From positions 1 to 57,405 of IMG/VR virus record IMGVR_UViG_3300044609_000868: a stretch of 57,405 nucleotides of DNA. One strand, written 5' to 3'. This stretch comes from a virus (Duplodnaviria; Caudoviricetes). The position numbers were made by a program, and so were the translations under genes. Each line of letters begins with the position of its first letter. The first letter of the stretch is position 1. The notes under the pieces were generated by a model that ran no database searches, had not been told where the DNA came from, and worked only from the letters and a program-made list of their open reading frames with translations. This document shows, piece by piece, positions 1 through 9,132 of the stretch.

Positions 1-24
1 ATGGCGGGCTTTCGTGTGTTCTAG
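1..24. repeat. Left copy of 24-bp imperfect terminal direct repeat (ATGGCGGGCTTTCGTGTGTTCTAG)
   Basis: Matches 57382-57405 at 23 of 24 positions (G vs A at position 14). Confidence 0.9.
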
Positions 25-110
25 CTCCGGTCCGCAGGCGACCGGCTGGCACTGACGCCATTCGATCAGCCCCGGACCGCATCGCATCACACTAGCGTGA
101 TGCTGCGATC

Positions 111-150
111 GGGTCCTCCCGGGCCGAGGGACCCGCGGGTTGATTCGAAT
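111..150 (+). promoter_or_regulatory. Putative cos/packaging site
   Basis: GGGTCCT (same as lambda cosQ) at 111-117, then CGCGGG at 134-139 and the palindrome GATTCGAATC, just upstream of a GpA-type terminase pair. Confidence 0.55.
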
Positions 151-331
151 CCCATTATTTTCCTAGGCACAATTTGTCGAAGTTGGTGCGAGTCTCATGC
201 GTCTCACGCAAAGACACCCCTTTCCCCGTCAACGAGGCAACCAACCAGACTACCCTCTGGGACTACGTTTTGGTCCTTGGTGTCAACCAAGACTGTAAAC
301 CTGTAACCTTGGTTCACAAGCCCGGCAAACC

Positions 332-865
332 TTGCCGCTTATCACCAAATCGGAAGCAGCTGACGCGCTCGGGGTGTCCCGAAACGCCGTCTACAAGGCG
401 ATCAAGCAGGGTCGTCTCCCTGTCGTGCGAACCTCTGACGGCAAGGAGCTGATCAAGTCCGAGACGCTGCGCGAGGACTGGTTCGCCAACACCATGGCCA
501 AAATCGGCGTTGGCCCCAAGCCACCCGCTGGTGAGACCGCCTTTCCTCCAGCGCGACCCAAACGAGACCGATCACTCACCGAACCAGAGCCTGGGGACAT
601 TGTCCCGGACTACAACGAGAGCCGCGCCCGCACCGAATACCTGAAGGCCGAGCTGCTCGAGCTCGAGCGCAAGGAAAAGGAGGGCCTACTGGTCCGGGCC
701 GCAGATGTTCAGGCGAAGTGGGTGGAGGTGCTGACCATCAGCCGCACCAAGGTGCTGGGTGTGCCGAGCAAGGCAAAGCAGCGGATCCCCGATCTCACCC
801 AAGACCAGATCGCGATCCTTGAGGACATCATCCGAGAAGCGTTGGAGGAGTTGGCTGATGGCTGA
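332..865 (+). CDS. Terminase small subunit (N-terminal HTH, Nu1-like)
   Basis: HTH 'SEAADALGVSRNAVYKAIKQGRL', coiled coil 'ESRARTEYLKAELLELE', C-terminal 'IREALEELA'; overlaps the large subunit start; TTG start. Confidence 0.85.
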   Translation: MPLITKSEAADALGVSRNAVYKAIKQGRLPVVRTSDGKELIKSETLREDWFANTMAKIGVGPKPPAGETAFPPARPKRDRSLTEPEPGDIVPDYNESRARTEYLKAELLELERKEKEGLLVRAADVQAKWVEVLTISRTKVLGVPSKAKQRIPDLTQDQIAILEDIIREALEELADG

Positions 866-2711
866 AGTCGCGGACCTAGCCAAGGAAGCGCTGAAGGCAT
901 GGAAGCCACCAGAGAAGCTGACGCTCAGCGAATGGGCCGATCGGCATTTCTACCTATCGGCCGAAAGCAGCGCCGAGGCTGGCCGGTGGCACACGCTCCC
1001 CTACCAGAAAGGGATCATGGATGCGATCACCGACCCGTCGATCGAGCAGATCTCGGTGATGAAGAGCGCCCGGGTGGGGTACACCAAGTGCCTGAACGCC
1101 TGCATCGCGTTCCACATCCACCAGGATCCCTGCCCGATGATGCTGGTGCAGCCCACGATCGAGGACGCGCAGGGCTATTCCAAGGAGGAAATCGCGCCAA
1201 TGCTGCGCGACGTGCCGGTGCTGCGCGGGCTGGTGAGCGACAGCAAGGCGAAGGACGGCGCCAACACGATCCTGCAGAAGCAGTACCCGGGCGGAACGCT
1301 GGGCCTGGTGGGCGCCAACTCGCCGCGTGGCTTCCGCCGTGTCAGCCGGCGGATCGTGATGTTTGACGAGACGGATGGCTACCCACCGAGTGCCGGCCCT
1401 GAGGGCGACCAGATCAAGCTGGGCATCAGGCGAACCGAGTACTACTGGAACCGCAAAATCGTGGCAGGGTCGACGCCGACCTTGAAGGATGCCAGCCGGA
1501 TCGAGCGGTTGTATGCGCAGGGTGACCAGCGCCGGTATTTCGTGCCCTGCCCTGATTGCGGGCACATGCAATACCTGAAGTGGGCAAACATGCGGTGGGA
1601 GGACCAGATCTCGCCGGTGCATTACGTGTGTGAGAGCTGCGGCGTGCTGATCCCGCACAGCAAGAAGCGTTGGATGGTGGAACGCGGCGCCTGGCGGCCA
1701 ACGGTACCGGGCAACGGTAAGCATGCGTCGTTTCACATCTGGGCGGCGTACAGCTACTCGCCGAACGCGAGCTGGGACAACCTGCGTGATGAATTCCTCG
1801 AGGCGAAGAGCGACCCTGAAGCGCTGAAGACCTTCGTCAACACGGTGCTGGGCGAGAGCTGGGAGGACGATTACGCAGCGAAGGTGGGCGCCGACAGCCT
1901 GCTCGAGCGTGCGGAGTTCTACGAAGCGCAGATGATTCCGGCCGAGGCCTCGGCGGTGACGGTCGGCTGCGACGTGCAGGACAACAGGCTGAGCCTGAGC
2001 ATCTGGGCGTGGGGCCGCGAAGAAGAAGGCTGGTTGATCGATCGCCAGGTGATTCATGGCGACCCGAGCCGGCCGGAGCCGTGGAAGCAGCTGGATGAGA
2101 TTTTGCTGCGGCCGTTCAAACATGCGCTTGGCGCTGAGTTGCGGCCGGATGTGGTTTGCATTGACTCTGGTGGCCACCACACGATGGAGGTGTACCAGTA
2201 CGCCCGCGAACGGCAGAACATGGGCGTGATTGCGATCAAGGGCCAATCGCAGAAGGGCAAGCCACCAATCGGCAAGCCGTCCAAGGTTGATCTGAACTAC
2301 AAGGGCAAGGCGCTGAAGAAAGGTGCCGAGGTCTATCCAGTGGGTGGCGACACGGTGAAGAGCCTGCTGTTCGGCCGACTAAAGCACAACGAGCCGGGGC
2401 CGGGCTACCTGCACTTCTATGCAGAAGCCGGCAAAGAGTATTTCGAGGAGTTGACGGCAGAAAAACAGATTACGCGGTTCGTTCGCGGTTACCCCGAAAG
2501 GGTATGGGTAAAGAAATCAAGCCAGCGAAACGAAGCGTTGGACGAGCTTGTTTATGCGTACGCAGGATTGAATCGGCTGTACCAGCGGTACGACAGGCGA
2601 ACGATCTGGGATCAGCTGGAGAAACGGCTCGAAAAGCCCGTAGAAAGGGAGCGAAAGGCGCCGCTAAGATCGAACAAGGCTCCAAAGCGGAGCTTTGTCC
2701 GCCAATGGTGA
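858..2711 (+). CDS. Terminase large subunit, lambda GpA family
   Basis: 'VMKSARVGYT' Walker A-like, 'MFDETDGYP' Walker B, 'STPT', CPDC zinc motif, 'GCDVQ', 'IDSGG', 'RNEALD'. Start taken at ATG 858 after GGAGGAG. Confidence 0.95.
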   Translation: MAEVADLAKEALKAWKPPEKLTLSEWADRHFYLSAESSAEAGRWHTLPYQKGIMDAITDPSIEQISVMKSARVGYTKCLNACIAFHIHQDPCPMMLVQPTIEDAQGYSKEEIAPMLRDVPVLRGLVSDSKAKDGANTILQKQYPGGTLGLVGANSPRGFRRVSRRIVMFDETDGYPPSAGPEGDQIKLGIRRTEYYWNRKIVAGSTPTLKDASRIERLYAQGDQRRYFVPCPDCGHMQYLKWANMRWEDQISPVHYVCESCGVLIPHSKKRWMVERGAWRPTVPGNGKHASFHIWAAYSYSPNASWDNLRDEFLEAKSDPEALKTFVNTVLGESWEDDYAAKVGADSLLERAEFYEAQMIPAEASAVTVGCDVQDNRLSLSIWAWGREEEGWLIDRQVIHGDPSRPEPWKQLDEILLRPFKHALGAELRPDVVCIDSGGHHTMEVYQYARERQNMGVIAIKGQSQKGKPPIGKPSKVDLNYKGKALKKGAEVYPVGGDTVKSLLFGRLKHNEPGPGYLHFYAEAGKEYFEELTAEKQITRFVRGYPERVWVKKSSQRNEALDELVYAYAGLNRLYQRYDRRTIWDQLEKRLEKPVERERKAPLRSNKAPKRSFVRQW

Positions 2712-2715
2712 GGCC

Positions 2716-3315
2716 GTGAAGATTCCTTCAACAATCCGAGCTGGCGACACCGTGGTGTGGGTCGATGACCCGACCGTGGATGTGTTTGGCGCACCGATTG
2801 ACGGAAGCAATCACGGGCTGACCTATTACCTGCGCACGAACCACAACCATCAAGGCGCAACGGTCGCCGGCGTGACGGTGGTCGGCACGCCGCAGGGCAG
2901 TGGCTGGACGTTCACGATCCCGGCGGGGACGACGGCAGGCTTCGTCGCTGACACTTGGTACTTCCAGGCGGTCGCGACAGCAAATGCTGGCGGCGCAAAG
3001 ACGACGCTGGGCAGCGGATCGCTGACGGTTGAGGCCAACATGGCCTACGCCGGCAACCCAAGCGCATTCGACGGCCGCAGCCAGGCGCAGAAGGATCTCG
3101 ATGCAGTGCAGGCTGCAATCCGCTCGCTGATGAATGGCGGTGCGGTGCAGGAGTACCGGATCGGAACCCGCAACCTGAAGCGCTATGAGCTGTCGGAGCT
3201 GCTGGCGCTTGAGTCGCGGCTCAAAGCTGTGGTTGCCCGTGAGAACAAGGCGGCGATGATCGCCAATGGGCTGGGCAACCCCCACAACCTGTTTGTCCGC
3301 TTTGGTGGCCGCTGA
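2716..3315 (+). CDS. Head-tail joining protein (gpW-like C-terminus with N-terminal beta-rich domain)
   Basis: Lies between terminase and portal; 'VQEYRIGTRNLKRYELSELLAL' is gpW-like; GTG start. Confidence 0.7.
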   Translation: MKIPSTIRAGDTVVWVDDPTVDVFGAPIDGSNHGLTYYLRTNHNHQGATVAGVTVVGTPQGSGWTFTIPAGTTAGFVADTWYFQAVATANAGGAKTTLGSGSLTVEANMAYAGNPSAFDGRSQAQKDLDAVQAAIRSLMNGGAVQEYRIGTRNLKRYELSELLALESRLKAVVARENKAAMIANGLGNPHNLFVRFGGR

Positions 3316-4931
3316 TGGGCATCCGCACTCGAGTCATGACGGCCCTTGGATTCGGGGCCAAGCCAACACCGGAGCAGCCACGCCGCCGGCGTCGCACCTA
3401 TGCCGGGGCGATCATCAACCGCCTGACCAGCGACTGGATCAGCAACGGCACCAGCGCCGACGCTGAGATCAAGACCAGCCTGCGCAAGCTGCGTGATCGC
3501 AGCCGCCAGATGGTGCGGGACAACCCGTACGCCCGGCAGGCCAAGCGCACGACGCAGATCAACGTGGTGGGCCAGGGCATCAAGCTGCAGTCGCAGGTGA
3601 TGACGCTGCGCGGCAACAAGCGCGACGAGCGGATCAACGCGGCGATCGAGAGCAAGTGGGAGCGCTGGACCCGCAAGGACCACTGCGATGTGGCGGGCAA
3701 GGCCAGCTTCCACATGTTCGAGTGGCTGGCCGTGGGTGCGCTGCCCGAGTCGGGCGAGGTGCTGTTCAGGATCCACCGCAAGCCGTTCGGCGGCAGCAAG
3801 ATCCCACTGGCGCTGGAGATCATCGAGAGCGATCTGCTCGACGATGAGTACAACGGCGCGGTGAGCGCCAAGGGCAACGAATGGCGCATGGGGGTCGAGA
3901 TCGACCGCTACGGCCGGCCGGTGCAGTATGCGTTCCTGACGCGCCACCCGGGTGACTATTGGTTCCAGGGCACACCGGACAGGGCAAACGTCAAGCACGT
4001 CTTCCTACCAGCGAAGGACGTCATCCACCTTTTTGTGCCCGAGCGCCCGAACCAGCACCGAGGCGTGCCCTGGTTCGCGCCGGTGATTACCGATGCCCAC
4101 CAGCTGGCGGGCTACGAAGAGGCCGCGGTAGTGCGCGCTCGTTCGGCGGCATCGCTGATGGGCTTCATCACCAGCCCCGAGGGCGAGCTCGAGGCGGACG
4201 ATGTCGAGAACGGCCAGCGGATCAGCGAGTTTGAGCCTGGGGTGTTCAAGTACCTCGACCCGGGTCAGTCGGTAACGGTGCCGGACATCTCCTCGCCGGA
4301 TGCGCAGTACGAGGACTTCGTGCGCGCCAAGACGCGGCGGTTTGCGTCTGGCTTTGGCTGCTCCTACGAGACGCTGAGCCGTGATTTCAGCGAGACCAAC
4401 TACAGCAGCAGCCGGCTGTCGCTGCTCGAGGACCGCGACCACTGGAAGGTGGTGCAGTCGTACCTGATCGAAAACTTCCACCTGCGGGTGTTCCGCGAGT
4501 GGCTGGACGTGGCAGTGCTGAGCGGTGAGCTGGCACTGCCTGATTACGAGCTGCGGCCTGAGCGCTATGACAGCCCGAAATGGCTGGCGCGCGGCTGGAG
4601 CTGGGTTGATCCGCTGAAGGAGGTGAAGGCCTACCGCGAGATGGAAGCGGCTGGCTACATGACGAAAGCGCAGATCTGCGCGCAACTGGGTGGTGATCTT
4701 GACGAGAACCTGCAGCAGATTGCGCGTGAACGGCAAACGGCGGAAGAGCTTGGAGTGAAGCTTGATGCCGACATGAACCCGGCCGCTCCCGCTCCCCAGG
4801 AGCAGCCGGTAGGCGGGGAGGCTGCGAGCCCGATTCCTGAGCCTCCCCGCCAGCCTGCGAGATCGCGTCGCAAGAAAGCGTCTAAGGTGGGTGAAGTTCA
4901 ATCTGAGCGTCCAGAGGGACCGCTTAACTGA
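3315..4931 (+). CDS. Portal protein, lambda family
   Basis: 'LRDRSRQMVRDNPYA', 'RGVPWFAP', 'NYSSSRLSLLE', 'WVDPLKE'. Confidence 0.95.
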   Translation: MGIRTRVMTALGFGAKPTPEQPRRRRRTYAGAIINRLTSDWISNGTSADAEIKTSLRKLRDRSRQMVRDNPYARQAKRTTQINVVGQGIKLQSQVMTLRGNKRDERINAAIESKWERWTRKDHCDVAGKASFHMFEWLAVGALPESGEVLFRIHRKPFGGSKIPLALEIIESDLLDDEYNGAVSAKGNEWRMGVEIDRYGRPVQYAFLTRHPGDYWFQGTPDRANVKHVFLPAKDVIHLFVPERPNQHRGVPWFAPVITDAHQLAGYEEAAVVRARSAASLMGFITSPEGELEADDVENGQRISEFEPGVFKYLDPGQSVTVPDISSPDAQYEDFVRAKTRRFASGFGCSYETLSRDFSETNYSSSRLSLLEDRDHWKVVQSYLIENFHLRVFREWLDVAVLSGELALPDYELRPERYDSPKWLARGWSWVDPLKEVKAYREMEAAGYMTKAQICAQLGGDLDENLQQIARERQTAEELGVKLDADMNPAAPAPQEQPVGGEAASPIPEPPRQPARSRRKKASKVGEVQSERPEGPLN

Positions 4932-7192
4932 TGGACGAGCTCAAGGAAAAACAACTCGATACCGCAGATGACGAGCGTGCAATGCACGATCTGTCGAATG
5001 AGCAGGTAGCTGCAATCGGCGAAACAGTCGCTGAAGTAGTAGCTGAGCACATGGCTGAGGTGGTCGAGGATGTAATCGAGACGCTGTCCGGCGAGGATCC
5101 CGAAGAGGAGACCGAGGCGGAAGAGGCCGCTGAGGAAGAGGTGATGCCGATGGTCATCGAGCGCGCCAAGCCCGGCGACCTCAAGACCGGTGATTTCGTC
5201 AGCTGGAACAGCTCCGGCGGTCGCGCCCGCGGCCGGATCGAGCACATCATGCGCGAGGGCACGCTTGGTGTGCCGGGCACCGAGTTCAGTATTGATGCAA
5301 CTGAGGACGACCCAGCTGCATTGATCCGCATCTTCAGCGAAGGCGCTGATGGCTGGCAGGCAACTGAGACAATGGTTGGCCACCGCTTCAGCACACTGAG
5401 CAAGATCGATGCGCTCCGATCGATGGAGGGCAAGTACCAGCGCACCGAGGTCACTGCGTTTGCAGAGGTCGAGGATCGCTCCTTTGAGTTTCCTTTCAGT
5501 TCTGAATACCCCGTGGCCCGGTACTTCGGAAACGAAGTACTGAGCCACGAGGGTGAGTCCGCTGATCTGAGCCGTCTTAATGACGGTGCTCCGCTTCTCT
5601 TCAACCACAACCCCGACAAGGTGGTGGGTGTCGTCGAGCGGGCATGGATCGACGGCAAAAAGAAGCGCGGCTACGTCAAGGTCCGCTTCTCACGCAACAG
5701 CTTCGCCAAGGAGGTGATGGCTGATGTCAAGGATGGCGTTCTTCGGGGCGTCAGCTTTGGTTATGCCATCGACAAGATGGAGGAGCGTGGCGACAACTTC
5801 GTAGCCACTCGCTGGAGTCCGTACGAAGTCTCGGTTGTTAGTGTGCCTGCAGATCCGACTATCGGAATCGGCCGGTCGCTTGCGATCGACTCCGCGGCCC
5901 CCGCCGCATCACCAACCCCTCAAGAACCTGAGGTTCACATGGAGAACACCACCCCTGACGTGGAGGTGATCCGGTCCAAGGCCGTCGAGGCCGAGCGCAG
6001 CCGTATCGCTTCCATTACCGCCCTCGGCGACAAGCACGGCATGACCGAGCTTGCACGTGAGCTCATCGACGGTGGCCGCAGCCTCGACGAGGCCCGTGCT
6101 GCCTTCCTCGAAAAAATCGACACCCGCAGCACCAAAGTGGAGCACCGCATCGAATCGACCAAAGAGGTCGGCCTCAACGAGAAGGAGACCCGCAGCTATT
6201 CCTTCCTGCGCGCCCTGAACTATCTCGCCAACCCCGGCGACAAGCAGGCTGCTGAAGCTGCTGCTTTCGAGCGCGAGATCTCCGAGGCTGCATCCAAGGC
6301 TTACGGCAAGCCCGCCAACGGTCTGATGGTGCCCAACGAGGTGCTCCGTCGTGACCTGACTGCCGGCACCAACAGCGCTGGTGGTTTCACCGTCGCAACC
6401 GACCTGCTGGCCGGCTCCTTCATCGAGCTGCTGCGCAACCGCCTGGCTCTGGCCAATGTCGGCGCCACCGTGCTGAACGGCCTGCAGGGCAACGTGGCAA
6501 TCCCCAAGCAGACCGGTGCCGCCACTGCCTACTGGGTGGGTGAAGGCTCTGCTCCTACCGAGAGCCAGGAAACCCTCGGTCAGGTGACTATGTCACCCAA
6601 GACCGTCGGCGCTTTCGTCGACTACAGCCGCCGCCTGCTGCTCCAGTCCTCCGTGGATGTTGAGCAGATGGTCCGCAACGACCTCGCTCGCGTGATCGCC
6701 CTCGAGATCGACCGCGCTGGTCTGTATGGCTCCGGCTCCAGCAACCAGCCTCTGGGTCTGATCAACACCGCTGGCATCAACACCGTGTCCCTGACCGGCT
6801 ACGGCACCTTCGCCGAGCTGGTGAGCATGGAGACCGAGGTGGCCAAGGACAACGCCGACATCGGCGCCATGCGCTACCTGATGAACGCCTCTGCCCGCGG
6901 CGCTCTGAAGACCACCGCCAAGTCCGCCTCCGCCGTAGCCGCCGGCTTCGTGTACGAGGACGACGAGGTGAACGGCTACCCCGTCGTGCTGTCCAACCAG
7001 CTGCTGCTGGACGACATCGTGTTCGGCGCCTTCAACCAGATGATCCTGGGCATGTGGTCTGGTCTCGACCTGACCCTCGATCCCTACGCCGGCGCCACCA
7101 GCGGCACCGTGCGCATCATCGCTCTGCAGGATGTCGACTTCGCTGTGAAGCAGGCCGGCGCCTTCTGCTACGGCACCGGCGCTCTGTCCTGA
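4931..7192 (+). CDS. Fused prohead protease / HK97-fold major capsid protein with N-terminal acidic and Tudor-like domain
   Basis: Protease motifs 'PLLFNHN', 'GVSFGY', 'EVSVVSVPAD'; capsid motifs 'AYWVGEG', 'PKTVGAFVDYSRRLLLQS', 'GLDLTLDPY'. Confidence 0.93.
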   Translation: MDELKEKQLDTADDERAMHDLSNEQVAAIGETVAEVVAEHMAEVVEDVIETLSGEDPEEETEAEEAAEEEVMPMVIERAKPGDLKTGDFVSWNSSGGRARGRIEHIMREGTLGVPGTEFSIDATEDDPAALIRIFSEGADGWQATETMVGHRFSTLSKIDALRSMEGKYQRTEVTAFAEVEDRSFEFPFSSEYPVARYFGNEVLSHEGESADLSRLNDGAPLLFNHNPDKVVGVVERAWIDGKKKRGYVKVRFSRNSFAKEVMADVKDGVLRGVSFGYAIDKMEERGDNFVATRWSPYEVSVVSVPADPTIGIGRSLAIDSAAPAASPTPQEPEVHMENTTPDVEVIRSKAVEAERSRIASITALGDKHGMTELARELIDGGRSLDEARAAFLEKIDTRSTKVEHRIESTKEVGLNEKETRSYSFLRALNYLANPGDKQAAEAAAFEREISEAASKAYGKPANGLMVPNEVLRRDLTAGTNSAGGFTVATDLLAGSFIELLRNRLALANVGATVLNGLQGNVAIPKQTGAATAYWVGEGSAPTESQETLGQVTMSPKTVGAFVDYSRRLLLQSSVDVEQMVRNDLARVIALEIDRAGLYGSGSSNQPLGLINTAGINTVSLTGYGTFAELVSMETEVAKDNADIGAMRYLMNASARGALKTTAKSASAVAAGFVYEDDEVNGYPVVLSNQLLLDDIVFGAFNQMILGMWSGLDLTLDPYAGATSGTVRIIALQDVDFAVKQAGAFCYGTGALS

Positions 7193-7194
7193 GC

Positions 7195-8208
7195 ATGATC
7201 GCTGGTCTGATCAAGGCCAAGCGGAACTACAACCCCTCCCTGATTTCGATCGGGGAGGGCTTTCTGTTGGCGTACCGCTCCGAGCCGGAGGATTTCAAGG
7301 TCAGCGAGATCGTGCTCGCTGAGACGGACCGCAACATGAAGGTGCTGAAGAATCAGCGCTTGAAGGTTCCAGGAATTCCAGATGGTTGCTCGCTCGAGGA
7401 TCCGCGGCTGTTCTGGTTTGGCGGCAATCTGCATTTGGCGTTCTCGATCGCCCGGTACGGCGAGGCCGGCGGCTGGAAGTGCGTGCAGGCCTACGGAAAA
7501 CTGAAGAAGGGCAAGGCTTGGACGCTGGCCAACGTGATCGTGCCCAAATACGGCGCGAATGACTGGTCAGGCAAAGAAAAGAACTGGACGTTTTTTGAAG
7601 CCGAAGGTGCGCTGCGGTGCATCTACGACATGGGCACGGCCGGCTGGGTTGTGCTTGAGCTCGACGGTGATGAGGTGGTGCAAGAGTGGCGTCATGCACC
7701 CGTGGCCTGGCAATGGGGCCGACTGAGCGGTGGGTCGCCGGCGGTCGATTGGGAGGGCCAGAAGATCACGATGATGCACAGCTGGGAGAAGCACCCGAGG
7801 CGCCACCGGCTGTATCACATGGGCTTCCTGACGTTTGACTCAGTGGCACCGCATGCGCCGCGGATGATTTCACAGTCGCCGGTGGTGACAGCGCAGGACG
7901 ACTGGGGAGCACCTGAACATGCTGAGCGTTGGCAGCCGCTGTGCGTGTTCCCGGGTGGACTCGAGGTCTACGGCACTAAGGCGCTGGTGAGCTATGGCCG
8001 CAATGATCTCGACTGCGCCACGGGAGTGTTTCGGATCGAGCGGCTGCGGCCGGTGGCAGGGCGGCGGCTTGCGGGCCGCGAGCAGCGGATTCGGCTACTG
8101 GGCAATGTGATGCTGGGTGGCCGGCAAACCTGGGCTGGGACCGAGGTTTCAGTGCTGGCGGCCGACGCGGCTAGCCTGATTGCACGCGGCAAGGCGGTGG
8201 CGCTGTGA
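7195..8208 (+). CDS. Five-bladed beta-propeller glyco-enzyme (GH130/GT91-like) fused to a small head-associated module
   Basis: Motifs 'YNPSL', 'LEDPRL', 'EKNWTFF', 'GGSP', 'VFPGGL', 'VSYGRND'; C-terminal 'RIRLLGNVMLGG...EVSVLAADAASLIARGKAV'. Confidence 0.7.
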   Translation: MIAGLIKAKRNYNPSLISIGEGFLLAYRSEPEDFKVSEIVLAETDRNMKVLKNQRLKVPGIPDGCSLEDPRLFWFGGNLHLAFSIARYGEAGGWKCVQAYGKLKKGKAWTLANVIVPKYGANDWSGKEKNWTFFEAEGALRCIYDMGTAGWVVLELDGDEVVQEWRHAPVAWQWGRLSGGSPAVDWEGQKITMMHSWEKHPRRHRLYHMGFLTFDSVAPHAPRMISQSPVVTAQDDWGAPEHAERWQPLCVFPGGLEVYGTKALVSYGRNDLDCATGVFRIERLRPVAGRRLAGREQRIRLLGNVMLGGRQTWAGTEVSVLAADAASLIARGKAVAL

Positions 8209-8480
8209 TCACGGAAGACCTGAACCTGTTCCTTGAGGATTTCGGCGTCACGTGCACTGCGGGGGCCGTAACCGCACTTGGCATTCTCGACATGCCATCG
8301 CAGGTGGTCGCTGATGGCATGGTGCTCACCACCGACTACAAGGTGACGTGTCGCGCCTCGGTGTTTGGCGGCCTCAAGTATGGCGACGCAATCACTGTCG
8401 ATGGCGCCGCTTACACAGTGCGCGAGAATATGCTGATCGATGACGGCAAGTTTTGCGAAATCATGCTGCAGAAGTCCTGA
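8205..8480 (+). CDS. Head-tail joining/closure protein
   Basis: Position and size; 'GDAITVDGAAYTVRE...DDG' is typical of gpFII-like proteins. Confidence 0.7.
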   Translation: MITEDLNLFLEDFGVTCTAGAVTALGILDMPSQVVADGMVLTTDYKVTCRASVFGGLKYGDAITVDGAAYTVRENMLIDDGKFCEIMLQKS

Positions 8481-8533
8481 TTTCTCACTCCATCCTTCGC
8501 GCCTACCGTGGCGACCCCCGCTAATCTGATGCC

Positions 8534-8956
8534 ATGACCAAGCGCGAACAGATCCTTGCCGCCATCCGCACGGCACTAACTGGAACAACCGGTGTTGGCA
8601 CCCGGATTTATCGCAGCAGGGTTGAGCCCATGGCCCGACAGGAGAGCCCTGCAATCGTGGTAGAGCCGCTCAGAGATCGCAGCGAACAGAACACCAGCTT
8701 GCCGACACTCGACTGGAGCCTTCTGGTCCGGGTCGCTGTTGTTGTTCGAGCAAACGTGCCCGATCAGGCGGCGGATCCAGTCATTGAATCGCTGCACTCC
8801 AAGCTCATGGCAGATCTCACCCTCGGAGGTTTGGCCATCGATATTCAACCGGTCCAAGTAGAGTTCCAAGCAGTGGAGGCCGATGTACCTGCGGGTGTCG
8901 CCTTGTGCGATTATCTCGTGAGGTACAGAACCTCCGTCGCAAACCTGGGTGCCTGA
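8534..8956 (+). CDS. Tail completion/terminator protein
   Basis: 'TKREQILAAIRTAL', 'LMADLTLGGLA', 'YLVRYRT'; located before the tail tube gene. Confidence 0.7.
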   Translation: MTKREQILAAIRTALTGTTGVGTRIYRSRVEPMARQESPAIVVEPLRDRSEQNTSLPTLDWSLLVRVAVVVRANVPDQAADPVIESLHSKLMADLTLGGLAIDIQPVQVEFQAVEADVPAGVALCDYLVRYRTSVANLGA

Positions 8957-8958
8957 TG

Positions 8959-9132
8959 ATGGCTGTCACAGTTGATGAATACCATGGGCAAGGAGGGTCG
9001 TACCTCCTTGACCCGAAATCCGGCAAGCGGAAGCTCGTCGAGCGGACTGAGCCGGGCCAGCTCCAACTTCAACCCGAGGTAACCAGCGATGCCGCTCCTG
9101 ACTCGCAAACGCCTGATTCTGGCGAAGACTGA
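8959..9132 (+). CDS. Small conserved phage protein
   Basis: 'DEYHGQGGSYLLDPKSGKRKLVERT'; coupled to the upstream stop. Confidence 0.6.
   Translation: MAVTVDEYHGQGGSYLLDPKSGKRKLVERTEPGQLQLQPEVTSDAAPDSQTPDSGED

Noticed and set aside
759-857. N-terminal extension of the terminase large subunit in the ORF track
   Set aside because: Overlaps the small subunit; ATG 858 has a good RBS.
7054-7194. Possible -1 frameshift fusing the capsid to the glyco-enzyme (the -1 frame is open upstream)
   Set aside because: No slippery heptamer near the capsid end, and the downstream gene has its own ATG 2 bp after the stop.
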